Shown here: one piece after another, positions 22,301 to 31,901 of the stretch
Layout: every line of letters begins with the position of its first letter
Position numbering within the stretch: the stretch's first letter is position 1
Source: Folioceros fuciformis
Lineage: Eukaryota
Length of the DNA stretch: 40,122 nucleotides
Assembly (NCBI GenBank): GCA_049999805.1
Contig: JBNGIO010005938.1
Coordinates: forward strand, 72,434-112,555
Reading direction: 5' to 3'
The notes under the pieces: generated by a model
What the model was told of the DNA's origin: nothing
Databases searched by the model: none
Seen by the model: only the letters and a program-made list of their open reading frames with translations
Made by a program: the position numbers and the translations under genes

Positions 22301-23238
22301 AAGGCATGGTCCCTGATTCAGTGACATTTGTGTCCCTTCTGCAGGCATGTGCAAACGTGGCAGCTTTGCATCTGGGGAGGCAGCTACATGCACAAATTAA
22401 AGAACAAGGGCACTATGCTGATGCGTTTGTAGCAAGCAGTTTGATAAATATGTATGGGAAGTCCGGGAGTATGGTGGATGCACAGCAGGTGTTCGACGAG
22501 TCGCCTAAGAGAACCATTTTTGCCTGGAATGCACTCATTGCGGGATATAGCCACCAGGGAGACAGTGAAATTGTCTTTAACCTGGTGCTCAAAATGGGAG
22601 ACGACGACATACAGCCGGATGGCATCACCCTCCTCAGTGTACTGTCGGTATGCAGCCATACAGGTCAAGTGAACAAGGCACAGGAGCTCTTTGAGGCCAT
22701 GAGCGCACACCATGGAATCAGCCCTACAGCCGAGCACTATACATGTATGGTGGATCTCCTGGGCCGTGCAGGCCGACTGGATGAGGCCTTAGCTTTGGTA
22801 AGGACAATGCCTGTACAGCCTAATGCTTCGGTTTGGCGCACTCTGTTGAGTGCGAGTCAAAAGTGGGGCAACGTGGAGGTAGGCTATCAGGCTTTCGAGC
22901 AGGCCGTGAGCCTAGACGAGAAAGATCATGTAGCATATGTGCTGATGTCGAATATATACATCGCTGCTCAGATGTGGGATCAGGCACAGGATATGCAGGT
23001 GAGGAGGATACGAGCAAGGGCATGGAAGCAGCCAGGTCAGAGCTGGTGGATGGACATGGACGGAGTAGTGCATAGCTTCTTGGTAGGAATCCAACAGTCT
23101 CCCAAGAGTCGAACAGGTCTGAAACAGGGGTTGAGAATGAAGAGAGACGGATCTTCCCTACATGTGGACTCGATTCCCACAAACTTGGGCGAACTGTCGT
23201 TGAATCCAAGAATTTTGGAAAACGAAGTCTGCGTGTAG
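19360..23238 (+). CDS. PLS-class PPR protein (PPR-A): 10 L-S-P triplets, L2-S2, E1-E2, PG box of WW type, truncated DYW
   Basis: Intronless ORF with a ~104-aa repeat (LVNMYAKCGSLEDA..VF / VVTWNAMIAGYSQQG / PDSVTFVCLLQACA), then EHYTCMVDLLGRAG and KQPGQSWWMDMDGVVHSFLVG. No HxE or CxxC zinc ligands. The first ATG after the upstream in-frame stops is 19360. Confidence 0.93.
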   Translation: MVMDIKGWILAGDPELTRPVGWHTSVTADTVSQLCHRGHVTEAVEALGVLVQTDCCFSKDLLYSVLKGCVVKKDLVLGRRVHALIVRKGNQSDTFLCNHILRMYASHSRLQEAMDVFTMVGKPDAFMWSSIISAHVKGGQDMQAVELYHRMRKSRVKPDGHVFVAALQACASASDLITGQQVHADVLAAGGHPDSFVCSCLVDMYAKCGSLEDAQSVFESLGQKDVVTWNAMIAVYSQQGMGQEALNLYSAMQKESVAIPNSVTFVCLLRACASLGNMALEMGKQLHAQIKERGYQANVFVASSLVSMYAKCGSLGEAKRVFDELSHKDVVTWNAMIAAYSQHCMWEEALHLHGAMQEGIVAPNCVTYVCLLQACAGVGNAALVRGKQLHTEVRERGHQADLSVANSLVTMYAKCGSLDEAQRVFEGLSQKDVVTWTALMAGYAQQGMGQEALNLYNAMEEERIAVPDPVTFVCLLQACAVVGTQALEVGKQLHSRIKERRHEADVYVASSLVNMYAKCGSLEDAERVFARLNEKNVVTWNAMIAGYSQQGLGQEALSLYGVMQEVGLAVPDSMTFVCVLQACAIVGPQALEKGRLLHGQIREVGHQDDVFVASSLVNMYAKCGSLDDAQRVFEGLSQKHVVTWNAMITGYSQQGMGQDALRLYSTMQEEGRAVPNSVTFVSLLQACASVGAPALEKGKLLHTQIREQGHQADMFVASSLVKMYTKCGSLEDAQEVFDRLGPKDVTTWNAMISGYSQQGMGQEALGVYDAMLAEGLAVPDSVTSVCLLQACANLGRRALETGKQLHTKIRAGAHLDDVFVANSLVNMYAKCGSIKGAQRVFDELGEKNLVTWNALIAGYSQQGMGQEALHLYRVMQEGKIAPDSTTFACLLQACACMGTPALEAGEQLHAQIKEQGFQSDVHVASSLVHMYAKCGKLENAARVFEGLTHKSVVTWNTMIAGYSQQGMGHEALRLYSAMEEEGMVPDSVTFVSLLQACANVAALHLGRQLHAQIKEQGHYADAFVASSLINMYGKSGSMVDAQQVFDESPKRTIFAWNALIAGYSHQGDSEIVFNLVLKMGDDDIQPDGITLLSVLSVCSHTGQVNKAQELFEAMSAHHGISPTAEHYTCMVDLLGRAGRLDEALALVRTMPVQPNASVWRTLLSASQKWGNVEVGYQAFEQAVSLDEKDHVAYVLMSNIYIAAQMWDQAQDMQVRRIRARAWKQPGQSWWMDMDGVVHSFLVGIQQSPKSRTGLKQGLRMKRDGSSLHVDSIPTNLGELSLNPRILENEVCV

Positions 23239-23426
23239 CCACCCAAGGAATGTGAGATCATCCCATCTCCCCCGCTTTAGTCGGGAAGAACATTGGATTT
23301 TAGGTCAAAATTCGGTACAACCCTGGATATCGTCCAAGATCATTTATCGTGATTTAGTTCAAAATACAGTAGACCGTCTACCTATGTATTAGGTAGTGGT
23401 CTTCCCTTCACTTCGAAATAATGTGT

Positions 23427-26400
23427 TTAAGACTCGATGCGTTTGTTATTAACTCTAACCAAAAAGCTATGCACGACTCCCTCCGCGTCGGTCCACCAGC
23501 TCTGACCGGGCTGCTTCCAGGCCCCGATTATCTTTCTTCGTCGCCGCATATCCTCTGCCTGATCCCACTGCTGCACACTGGTGTACACATTTGCCATCAA
23601 CACGTAAGCAGTGGCATCCTCCTTGTCTAGCTTTATTGCTTCATCGAAAGCATGGCATGCTACCACCACATTGCTCCACTTTTGGCAAGCACCCAAGAGA
23701 CTGTGCCAAACTGCAGCAGTGGGTACTAGAGGCATCGTTGTTACCAAAGTCAGCGCCTCGTTTAGACGACCTGCACGGCCCAGGAGATCGACCATGCAAG
23801 AGTAGTGCTCCACTGTGGGAGTGATGCCGTGGTGTTTGCTCATGGCCTCAAAGCATTGTTTCCCCTTGTCTACTAGACCTGCATGGCTGCAAGCTGTTAG
23901 AACACTGAGGAATGTCATTCCGAGTGGCTGTACACCATCCTTTCTCATCTTGTGGAGCAACTTGAAAACCACTTCACTGTCCCCTTGAGACGTGTAGCCT
24001 GCAATCAGTGCAGTCCAGGTGACCACGTCTCTTCCAGGCAAGGCATCAAACACCTGCTGTGCATCAGCCATGCTCCCCGACTTCCCATACATGTTTATCA
24101 GACTTCCAGCTATGCACAGGTCAGCTTCAAGCCCTTGTTCTTTAATCTGCGCATGCAGCTGCCTTCCCAGATTTAAAGCGGCCACATTTGCACATGCCTG
24201 CAGGAGGCACACAAATGTGACGGAGTCGGGCAAAGCCATGCCGTCTTCCTGCATGGCAGCGTAGAGACGAAGGGCTTCCTGGCCCAAGCCCTGCTGGGAG
24301 TACCCTGATATCATGGCATTCCACGTCACCACATCCTTTTGCCCAAGTCCGTGAAAAACTGCGTGCGCATCTTGCACGCTGCCACACTTCGCATACATAC
24401 TTACCAGACTGTTGGCTACGACGGGATCACCTTGAAGTCCCTGTTCCCGAATCTGTGCATGAAGATGCCTTCCCTTCTCCAAAGCTGGGTGACCGACATT
24501 TCCACATGCCTGCAGGAGACATACAAATGTCACTGAATTAGGTACGGCGATGCCTTCTTCTTGCATAGCACTGTACAGACGAAGAGCTTCTTGTCCCATG
24601 CCCTGCTGGGAATACCCTGATATCATGGCACTCCACGTCACCACATTCTTTTCCCCAAGTCTGTTAAACACACTCTGAGCATCTTCCAAGCGGCCACACT
24701 TTGCGTACATGTTCACCAGACTGCTTGCCACAAACACATCAGCTTGGTGTCCTTGTTTTCTGATTTGGGCATGGAGCTGCTGCCCCATCTCTAGAGCCGG
24801 GGCGCCAACACTTGCGCACGCCTGCAGGAGGGATGCAAAAGTCACAGCATCGGGTGCAGTAATGCCTTCCTTTTGCATGTCGCTGTACAGAAGAAGAGCT
24901 TCCTGTTCCATGCCCTGCTGGGAATACCGGGCTATCATGGCATTCCATGTTGCCACATCTTTTTGACCAAGTCTGTCAAATACACTGCAAGCATCCTCTA
25001 GACGCCCACACTTCGCATACATGTTCACCAAACTGCTCGCTACAAACGCATCAGCTTCAAGTCCGCGTTCTCTGATTTGCACATGAAGGTGCTTGCCCTG
25101 CTCCAAAGCTGGGGTGCCAATACCAGCGCAGGCCTGCAGGAGGCAAACGAATGTGACGGAAGTGGGTATGGCAATGCCCTCCTGCCGCATCAAACTGTAG
25201 TGTTGCAGGGCTTCCTGCCCCATGCCCTGCTGGGAATAACCTGAAATCAAAGCAGTCCAAGTGACTACATTTTTTTGCCTGAGTCCATCAAACACACTCT
25301 GAGCATTTTCCAAGCTGCCGCATTTTGCATACATGTGTACCAAAGTGCTGGCCACAACGACATCAGCCTGGTAACCTTGCTCTATTATTTGAGTATGAAG
25401 CTGCTTCCCCTTCTCCAATGCAGGGGCCCCCACACTTGCACACGCCTGCAGAAGGCACACGAATGTCACAGAATCAGGTACTGCACTGCGATTTTCTTGC
25501 ATAGCAGTGTGAAGAAGAAGGGCTTCCTGCCCCATGCCCTGCTGTGAATACCCTGTTATCATGGCATTCCACGTGACCACAGTTTTTTGAACAAGTCCCT
25601 CAAACACTCGTCGAGCGTCTTCCAAACTGCCGCACTTTGCGTACATGCTTACCAAACTGTTGGCTACGGAGACATCAGAGTCATGCCTTCGTTCCTTGAT
25701 TTTGATATGAAGCTCCTTTCCTATCCCAAGAGCCGGGGCGCCCACACTTGCACATGCTTGCAGGAGGCAAACAAACGTTACGGAATTGGGTAAAGCAATG
25801 CCTTCCTCTTGCATAGCTCTGTAGAGAGAAAGGGCTTCCTGGCCCATGCCCTGCTGGGAATATCCTGCGATTATCGCAGTCCACGTCACAACGTTCTTGG
25901 AACCAAGTCCGTCAAACACAATCTGAGCGTCCTCCAAGTTGCCACACTTTGCATACATGTCCACTAAGCAGCAAGAAACGAACGGATCAGGCTCCACACC
26001 AGTAGCCAACACGTCAGCATGCACCTGCTGCCCAGTTTTCAAGTCCAATCCCCTTGCACAAGCCTGAAGAGCTGCCACAAAAACATGGCCATCTGGCTTC
26101 ACACTTGACCTGCGCATCCGATGATACAGCTCTACAGCCTGCTTGTCTTGTCCATGCTTAACATGCGCAGAAATTATGGAAGACCACATGTGGGCGTCTG
26201 GTTTGGCAACCGAGGTGAACACATCCATCGCATCTTGCAACCTTCCATGAAATGCATACATTCGAAGGAGGTGGTTGCCCAGGAAAGGGTCCGACTGGTA
26301 CCCCTTTCTCACGATGAAAGCATGGACGCGGCTGCCCAGAACTACATCCCTCTGAGCCACACACTCCTTCAGCACAACATACAACAAGGAATCGGAGACA

Positions 26401-26801
26401 CGAGAGTCTGCCTGCACCAGAATTCCCACAGCCTCCACAGCCTCAGCGAGACGGCCCTGACAACATAGCGTGCATGCCATTTCCGCCGTTACGCCCATTC
26501 TGCGAGAGTGAGGATCATCCGGCAAGCTCCAATTGAATTTGAACGCGGCACGACTTATCTCCTTGTCCGGAGCAGCGAGCTGCGCTTGCACCCGATTTGG
26601 TTTGCAGAAGTCTTCCAATCGCTTCCTGTCCATATTTTGTCTGTCATTGCACCGGAGAAGTGGTCGCCGCAGGAGCTCCTGGCGATCACCCTTGGTGGAG
26701 GATCCGACTCCAGCCAGACATCCTCTTGGATGGGCTGGCTTTGCTCCAGAGGTGTTGCATCTCGTGGGTTGACAGCTTGCACAGGGTTGCTTGCAGGCCA
26801 T
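23427..26801 (-). CDS. PLS-class PPR protein (PPR-B): 8 triplets, E1-E2, WW-type PG box, truncated DYW
   Basis: Paralog of PPR-A ending KQPGQSWWTDAEGVVHSFLVRVNNKRIES*. The first in-frame ATG is 26801; the ORF track starts at a GTG at 26870. Confidence 0.93.
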   Translation of the reverse strand: MACKQPCASCQPTRCNTSGAKPAHPRGCLAGVGSSTKGDRQELLRRPLLRCNDRQNMDRKRLEDFCKPNRVQAQLAAPDKEISRAAFKFNWSLPDDPHSRRMGVTAEMACTLCCQGRLAEAVEAVGILVQADSRVSDSLLYVVLKECVAQRDVVLGSRVHAFIVRKGYQSDPFLGNHLLRMYAFHGRLQDAMDVFTSVAKPDAHMWSSIISAHVKHGQDKQAVELYHRMRRSSVKPDGHVFVAALQACARGLDLKTGQQVHADVLATGVEPDPFVSCCLVDMYAKCGNLEDAQIVFDGLGSKNVVTWTAIIAGYSQQGMGQEALSLYRAMQEEGIALPNSVTFVCLLQACASVGAPALGIGKELHIKIKERRHDSDVSVANSLVSMYAKCGSLEDARRVFEGLVQKTVVTWNAMITGYSQQGMGQEALLLHTAMQENRSAVPDSVTFVCLLQACASVGAPALEKGKQLHTQIIEQGYQADVVVASTLVHMYAKCGSLENAQSVFDGLRQKNVVTWTALISGYSQQGMGQEALQHYSLMRQEGIAIPTSVTFVCLLQACAGIGTPALEQGKHLHVQIRERGLEADAFVASSLVNMYAKCGRLEDACSVFDRLGQKDVATWNAMIARYSQQGMEQEALLLYSDMQKEGITAPDAVTFASLLQACASVGAPALEMGQQLHAQIRKQGHQADVFVASSLVNMYAKCGRLEDAQSVFNRLGEKNVVTWSAMISGYSQQGMGQEALRLYSAMQEEGIAVPNSVTFVCLLQACGNVGHPALEKGRHLHAQIREQGLQGDPVVANSLVSMYAKCGSVQDAHAVFHGLGQKDVVTWNAMISGYSQQGLGQEALRLYAAMQEDGMALPDSVTFVCLLQACANVAALNLGRQLHAQIKEQGLEADLCIAGSLINMYGKSGSMADAQQVFDALPGRDVVTWTALIAGYTSQGDSEVVFKLLHKMRKDGVQPLGMTFLSVLTACSHAGLVDKGKQCFEAMSKHHGITPTVEHYSCMVDLLGRAGRLNEALTLVTTMPLVPTAAVWHSLLGACQKWSNVVVACHAFDEAIKLDKEDATAYVLMANVYTSVQQWDQAEDMRRRRKIIGAWKQPGQSWWTDAEGVVHSFLVRVNNKRIES

Positions 26802-26978
26802 CAACGACACCTGAGGTTTGGGAGATTCACAGACAGACGTCACTGTGGCAGAATCGATGATCCCTACCACACCACCAACCGATTCCTGCCCTGATCCTCG
26901 ACTTTGACTGGCATAGCACTAAAATGGACCTGCAGACACCTTTGCAGTGTGTCTACACATTCTGTTACGCATTCTGTT

Positions 26979-29900
26979 CTATCTTTCACACCGTCCACAT
27001 CCCGCAGACCTCACACTGAAGTGCTTTACGCGCGTTTCGACCTGATGTGGATAGCAAGCCTGGGCAGATGCTGTTCGTGTTACAGAGATGTCTGATGGCG
27101 ATTGGACCTGACCTGCCTTATATCTTTCTTTTGTCAAACTGGAAATCTTGTTACCACTGGCCAGAAAACTATGCACCAGTCCGTCTACATCTGTCCAACA
27201 GCTCTGTCCCGGCTGCTTGAATGCCCTGGTTCTCATTCTCCTTTCCTGCATCTCCTCTGCCTCTTCCCACATCTGGTTACTGGTGTATATGTTCCACATC
27301 AACACATACGCTGCAGCATCTTTCTTGTTTAGAGAAAGTGCTTCATCGAAAGCAAGGCGGCCCACCTCCACATTGCTCCATTCTCGACAAGCACCTAGCA
27401 GAGTGTGCCAGATTGCTGCAGTAGGCAGTTCAGGCATTGTCCTTACAAAAGCTAGTGCCTCTTCGAGTCGGCCTGCTCGGCCTAGTAGATCCACCATGCA
27501 GGTATAGTGCTCCACCGTGGGAGTAACGCCGTACTGTCTGCTCATAGCCTTGAAGTACTCTTTCCCCTTGTCCACCAGACCTGAATGACTGCACACTGCT
27601 AGCACACTAAGGAACGTGATGCCCACTGGCTGTAATTTATCCTGTGTCATCCTCTGCACCAAGTTGAAGACCACTTCACTGTCTCCTTGTGAAGCGTACC
27701 CTGTGATCAGCGCACTCCAGGCAACAACGTCTCTTTCAGTCAACGCATCAAATACCTGCTGAGCGTCTACCATGCTTCCAGACTTGCCGTACATATTTAT
27801 CAAACTGCCTGCTATAAACACATCAGTTTGAAGCCCTTGTTCTACAATCTGCGCATGTAGCTGCCTCCCCAGCTGCAAAGCTGCCACATTAGCACATGCC
27901 TGCAGGAGGCACACAAATGTCACGGCATTGGGTACAGCCATGTCTTGGTCCTGCATAGCGGTGTAGAGACGAAGCGCTTCCTGACCCACGCCCTGCTGAG
28001 AGTACCCTGCTATCATGGCATTCCAGATTTCCACATCCTTTTGCTCAAGTCCGTTGAACACAGTGTGAGCATCTTGTAAGCTGCCACACTTTGCATACAT
28101 GCTCATCAAGCTGTTGGCTACGAAGGGATCAGCTTGAAGTCCTTGTTCTCTGATTTCTGCATGAAGCAACTTCCCCTTCGCAAGACCTGGGGTTCCAAGA
28201 GATGCACATGCCTGCAAGAGGCATGCAAATGTGACGGAGTCTGGGACAGTGACACCTTCTTCTTTCATGCCATCATAAAGACAAAGCGCTTCCTGGCCCA
28301 TGCCCTGCTCAGAGTATCCTGCTATCATGGCATTCCATGCAGCCACATCTTTGGAATGAAGTTCCTCAAACACACTCTTTGCATCTGCCAAACTGCCACA
28401 CTTTGAGTACATGCTGAGCAAACAGCTGGCTAAAAACATGTCCGTTTCATGTCCTTGGGCTCTAATTTGTGCATGCACCTGCTTCCCGATCTCCAAGGCT
28501 GGGGTGCCAACATTTGCACATGCCGGCAGGAGGCATAAGAATGTCACGGAATCAGGTACAGCCAGGCCTTCTTCTTGCATTGTTCTGTAAACGCGAAGGG
28601 CTTCCTCACCCCGGTTCTGCTGGGAATACCCGGCTATCATGGCATTCCACGTTATGATATCCTTCTGCTCGAGTCCGTAAAACACCCTTTCAGCGTCTTC
28701 CAAACTGCCACACTTCGCGTACATGCTCACAATACTGTTGGCAATAAAGAGATCAGCTTGATGCCCTGTGTCCCTAATTTGAGCATGAAGCTGCTTCCCC
28801 ATCTCCAACGCTGGGTTACCAACAATCGCACATGCCTGCAGGAGGCAAACAAAAGTTACAGAATCAGGTATAACCATGCCCTCTGCTTTCATCTCTCTGT
28901 AGACATGAAGGGCTTCCTGGCCCATGCCCTCCTGGGAATATCCAGCAATTAGGGCAGTCCAAGTCACTACATTTTTCTCACTAAGTCCGTCAAACACTTT
29001 CTGGGCATCCTCCAGAGAGCCACATTTGGCATACATGTTGACCAGATTGTTGGCTACGAACACATCAGCTTGGTGTCCTCGTTCTCTAATTTGCGCATGA
29101 AGCTGCTTCCCCACCTCCAAAGCTCGGTGGCCAACGTTTGAAACAGCATGCAGTAGGCTAACAAATGTAACAGAATTGGGTATGGCCACGCTTTCTTTTT
29201 GCATAATGCTATAGACATCAAGGGCTTCCTGCAACAAACCCTTTCGGGAATACCCTGCAATCAGCGCATTCCATGTCACAACATCCTTTCGATTGAGTTC
29301 ATCGAATACCCTCTGGGCATCTACCAGAGAGCCACACTTTGCATACATGTCCACCAAGCTGCTAGCTACAAACAAATGAGCTTCATGTCCTCGTTCTCTA
29401 ATCTGTGCATGGAGTGTCTTCCCTATTTCCAGAGCTGGGACACCTACATTTCCACATGCCTGCAGGAGGCAGACAAAAGTCACAGAATCGGGTACAGCAA
29501 CGTTCTCTTCTTGCATTGCACTGTAAAGGCGAATAGTTTCCTGCCACAAGCCCTGCTGGGAATACCCTGCTATCAGAGCATTCCACGTTACCACATCTTT
29601 CTGACCAAGTTCGTCAAAAACTGTTTGTGCGTTCTCCAGGCTGCCACACTTTGCGTACATGTTCACCAAGCTGTTGGCAACAGATACATCAACTTGGTGT
29701 CCTTGTTCTCTTATTTGTTTATGTAGAGCCTTGCCCTTCTCCAATGCTGGGCTGCCGACACTTGCACATGCCTGCAAGAGGCACATGAACGTCACAGAAT
29801 TAGGTGTAGCTATGCCTTCTTCTTGCATGGAACCATACACATGAAGGGCTTTCTGGCCCATGCCCTGCTGAGCATATCCTGCAATTAGAGCGGTCCACGT

Positions 29901-31079
29901 TACCACATTCTTCTGACTAAGCCCGTCAAACACTCTCTGAGCATCTTCTATGCTACCACACTTTGCATACATGTTCACCAAACTGCTGGACACAAACACA
30001 TCTTGATGGCCCTGTTCTTCTATCATCGTATGAAACTGCTTCCCATTCTCTAAGCCGGTGGGGCCAACACTTGCACATGCCTGCAGAAGGCACACAAGTG
30101 TTGTGGAATTGTGTACAACCAGGCCTTCTTCTTGCATAACACTGTACAGACGAAGGGCTTCCTGGCCCATGTCCTTCTGGGTATATCCTGCAATGAGGGC
30201 AGTCCACGTCACCACATCCTTCTCACGAAGTCCATCAAACAATTTCTGAGCATGTTCCAAGCTGCCGCACTTGACATACATGTTCATCAAACCATTATAG
30301 ACAAATAGATGAGGTTCAAGACCATCGGCCAACACGTCAGCATGCACCTTCTGCCCAGCTTTCAGGTCCGATGTGTTTCCACAAGCCTGAATGGCTGCAG
30401 CAAACACATGGCTATCTGGCTTCACACTTGTCCTGCACATCCGATGATACAGTTGTATGGCCTGTTTGTCTTGACCATGCTTAACGTGGGCTGAGATTAT
30501 AGCAGACCACGTGAAGGCATCTGGTTTGGCAACCGAAGTGAACACATCCATGGCATCTGCTAACCTGCCAAGAGAAGCATACATTCGCAGGATGTGGTTG
30601 CACAGGAAAGTGTCTGACTGATACCCCGTTTTCACCATGAAAGCATGGACGCGGCCACCCATAACGAGATCCTTCTCGACTATACATTTCTTCAGCACAT
30701 TGTACAAGAGAATTTTAGAAATACAATGGTCTGTCTGCACCAAAATTCCCAAAGCCTCCACAGCCTTACTGAGATGGCCCTTCTGGCATAGCTCCTTCAC
30801 AATTTCAGCCGTTACAACTCCTTTGTACCCTTGGCCCTTATTCCGTTGCCTGTCATCCCACCACAAAGGCTCCTGGTGACGGCTTGGGGTTGTGGCAAAG
30901 GTTATGCACCTGCTAGCTTGACTACTTTCCAAGGGCTGGTTCATTGAAGTAAGGCGAACGGGATAAAATCCTCGATTTCCAGCTCTTGACCCACCACCTT
31001 GTCGGGTGAAGAAAAGGTGTCCTCTCGACGGGTCCCAGACAGCCATAGACCAGCACACTGGATTCACAGGGCATGCCAT
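26979..31079 (-). CDS. PLS-class PPR protein (PPR-C): 10 triplets, E1-E2, PG box, degenerate DYW tail
   Basis: Paralog of PPR-A and PPR-B ending KQPGQSCWTDVDGLVHSFLASG...GCGRCER*. The first in-frame ATG is 31079; the ORF track starts at a GTG at 31184. Confidence 0.93.
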   Translation of the reverse strand: MACPVNPVCWSMAVWDPSRGHLFFTRQGGGSRAGNRGFYPVRLTSMNQPLESSQASRCITFATTPSRHQEPLWWDDRQRNKGQGYKGVVTAEIVKELCQKGHLSKAVEALGILVQTDHCISKILLYNVLKKCIVEKDLVMGGRVHAFMVKTGYQSDTFLCNHILRMYASLGRLADAMDVFTSVAKPDAFTWSAIISAHVKHGQDKQAIQLYHRMCRTSVKPDSHVFAAAIQACGNTSDLKAGQKVHADVLADGLEPHLFVYNGLMNMYVKCGSLEHAQKLFDGLREKDVVTWTALIAGYTQKDMGQEALRLYSVMQEEGLVVHNSTTLVCLLQACASVGPTGLENGKQFHTMIEEQGHQDVFVSSSLVNMYAKCGSIEDAQRVFDGLSQKNVVTWTALIAGYAQQGMGQKALHVYGSMQEEGIATPNSVTFMCLLQACASVGSPALEKGKALHKQIREQGHQVDVSVANSLVNMYAKCGSLENAQTVFDELGQKDVVTWNALIAGYSQQGLWQETIRLYSAMQEENVAVPDSVTFVCLLQACGNVGVPALEIGKTLHAQIRERGHEAHLFVASSLVDMYAKCGSLVDAQRVFDELNRKDVVTWNALIAGYSRKGLLQEALDVYSIMQKESVAIPNSVTFVSLLHAVSNVGHRALEVGKQLHAQIRERGHQADVFVANNLVNMYAKCGSLEDAQKVFDGLSEKNVVTWTALIAGYSQEGMGQEALHVYREMKAEGMVIPDSVTFVCLLQACAIVGNPALEMGKQLHAQIRDTGHQADLFIANSIVSMYAKCGSLEDAERVFYGLEQKDIITWNAMIAGYSQQNRGEEALRVYRTMQEEGLAVPDSVTFLCLLPACANVGTPALEIGKQVHAQIRAQGHETDMFLASCLLSMYSKCGSLADAKSVFEELHSKDVAAWNAMIAGYSEQGMGQEALCLYDGMKEEGVTVPDSVTFACLLQACASLGTPGLAKGKLLHAEIREQGLQADPFVANSLMSMYAKCGSLQDAHTVFNGLEQKDVEIWNAMIAGYSQQGVGQEALRLYTAMQDQDMAVPNAVTFVCLLQACANVAALQLGRQLHAQIVEQGLQTDVFIAGSLINMYGKSGSMVDAQQVFDALTERDVVAWSALITGYASQGDSEVVFNLVQRMTQDKLQPVGITFLSVLAVCSHSGLVDKGKEYFKAMSRQYGVTPTVEHYTCMVDLLGRAGRLEEALAFVRTMPELPTAAIWHTLLGACREWSNVEVGRLAFDEALSLNKKDAAAYVLMWNIYTSNQMWEEAEEMQERRMRTRAFKQPGQSCWTDVDGLVHSFLASGNKISSLTKERYKAGQVQSPSDISVTRTASAQACYPHQVETRVKHFSVRSAGCGRCER

Positions 31080-31169
31080 AGCAGGTATGCCCAGTGCCCA
31101 CTCGGATACGGCTCCCTTCTCACTTTCATGTTTTGTTTTATGTTTTTGAGTGACCGTTTGTGAATCAGC

Positions 31170-31620
31170 CCCCAACACTTGCACATGCCTGCAGGTTGCA
31201 ACTAAATGTCACAGAGTCCGGTAGAGTCATCATCTTGGATTAGCACTGGAAGACCGTGGCTTACTGGCCCATGCTCGCAATAGTTTGCAAACATGTTCAC
31301 CAAACTGCCGGCTTGCTCTGCCGGAACACTTGAACCAGACGGCCACACCCATGCCCTCGTATGACAAGCTCCCAAACTCTGTATACTTGTCCATACAGCA
31401 ATTCCCCTCGTGCAAGTGGTAATCAACACGCACCTGTTGCGCAGGGTTCATAAGGTACCACAGCTAACCTGCGCATTCCATGACACACTTGTCACACGGT
31501 TTTGCTTGGTGTGTTTAATATCTGTCTGCTTGACAGCAACTGGAAACACATCAATCGCGTCATGACCCTGCCTGCTACGAGATTCTGCTCTGGACAAGGG
31601 AATGGCCTGTCCTGTCTGCA
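31170..31620 (-). pseudogene. Decayed PLS-PPR fragment
   Basis: Broken motifs in several frames: DAIDVF, VSWNA, MDKYTEFGSL, AGSLVNMFAN, and DNA matching PDSVTF...LQACASVG (ccggactctgtgacattt...ctgcaggcatgtgcaagtgttggg on the minus strand). Confidence 0.75.
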
Positions 31621-31901
31621 ACCTCTGAATGGATGGGCTCGGCCTGTGATGCCCCATTGTAGATAGCAATTTCATGAGATGTTTGCATCCCTTGTTGCCG
31701 CTTCCTTCCATACGATCTTTTGAACGCACCTCTGCCCGTCCAGAGAGGATTGAGCGTTGCCATGACTCCAGCATAGACACAGTCCCATAAGCTCCTCTAC
31801 CTATATAAACAGCTGATACGAGCCAGCATGGTTGGTGTAGCTCGTTTGGTGTAAGGCCAGTCCATCAGTACAGACCCAAATTTCCTAATTTCCAGCCGAC
31901 C

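Noticed and set aside
19500-30900. Many short antisense and alternate-frame ORFs with recurring motifs (e.g. MECHDS.., HVHQTAG)
   Set aside because: These are shadows of the repeated PPR codons.
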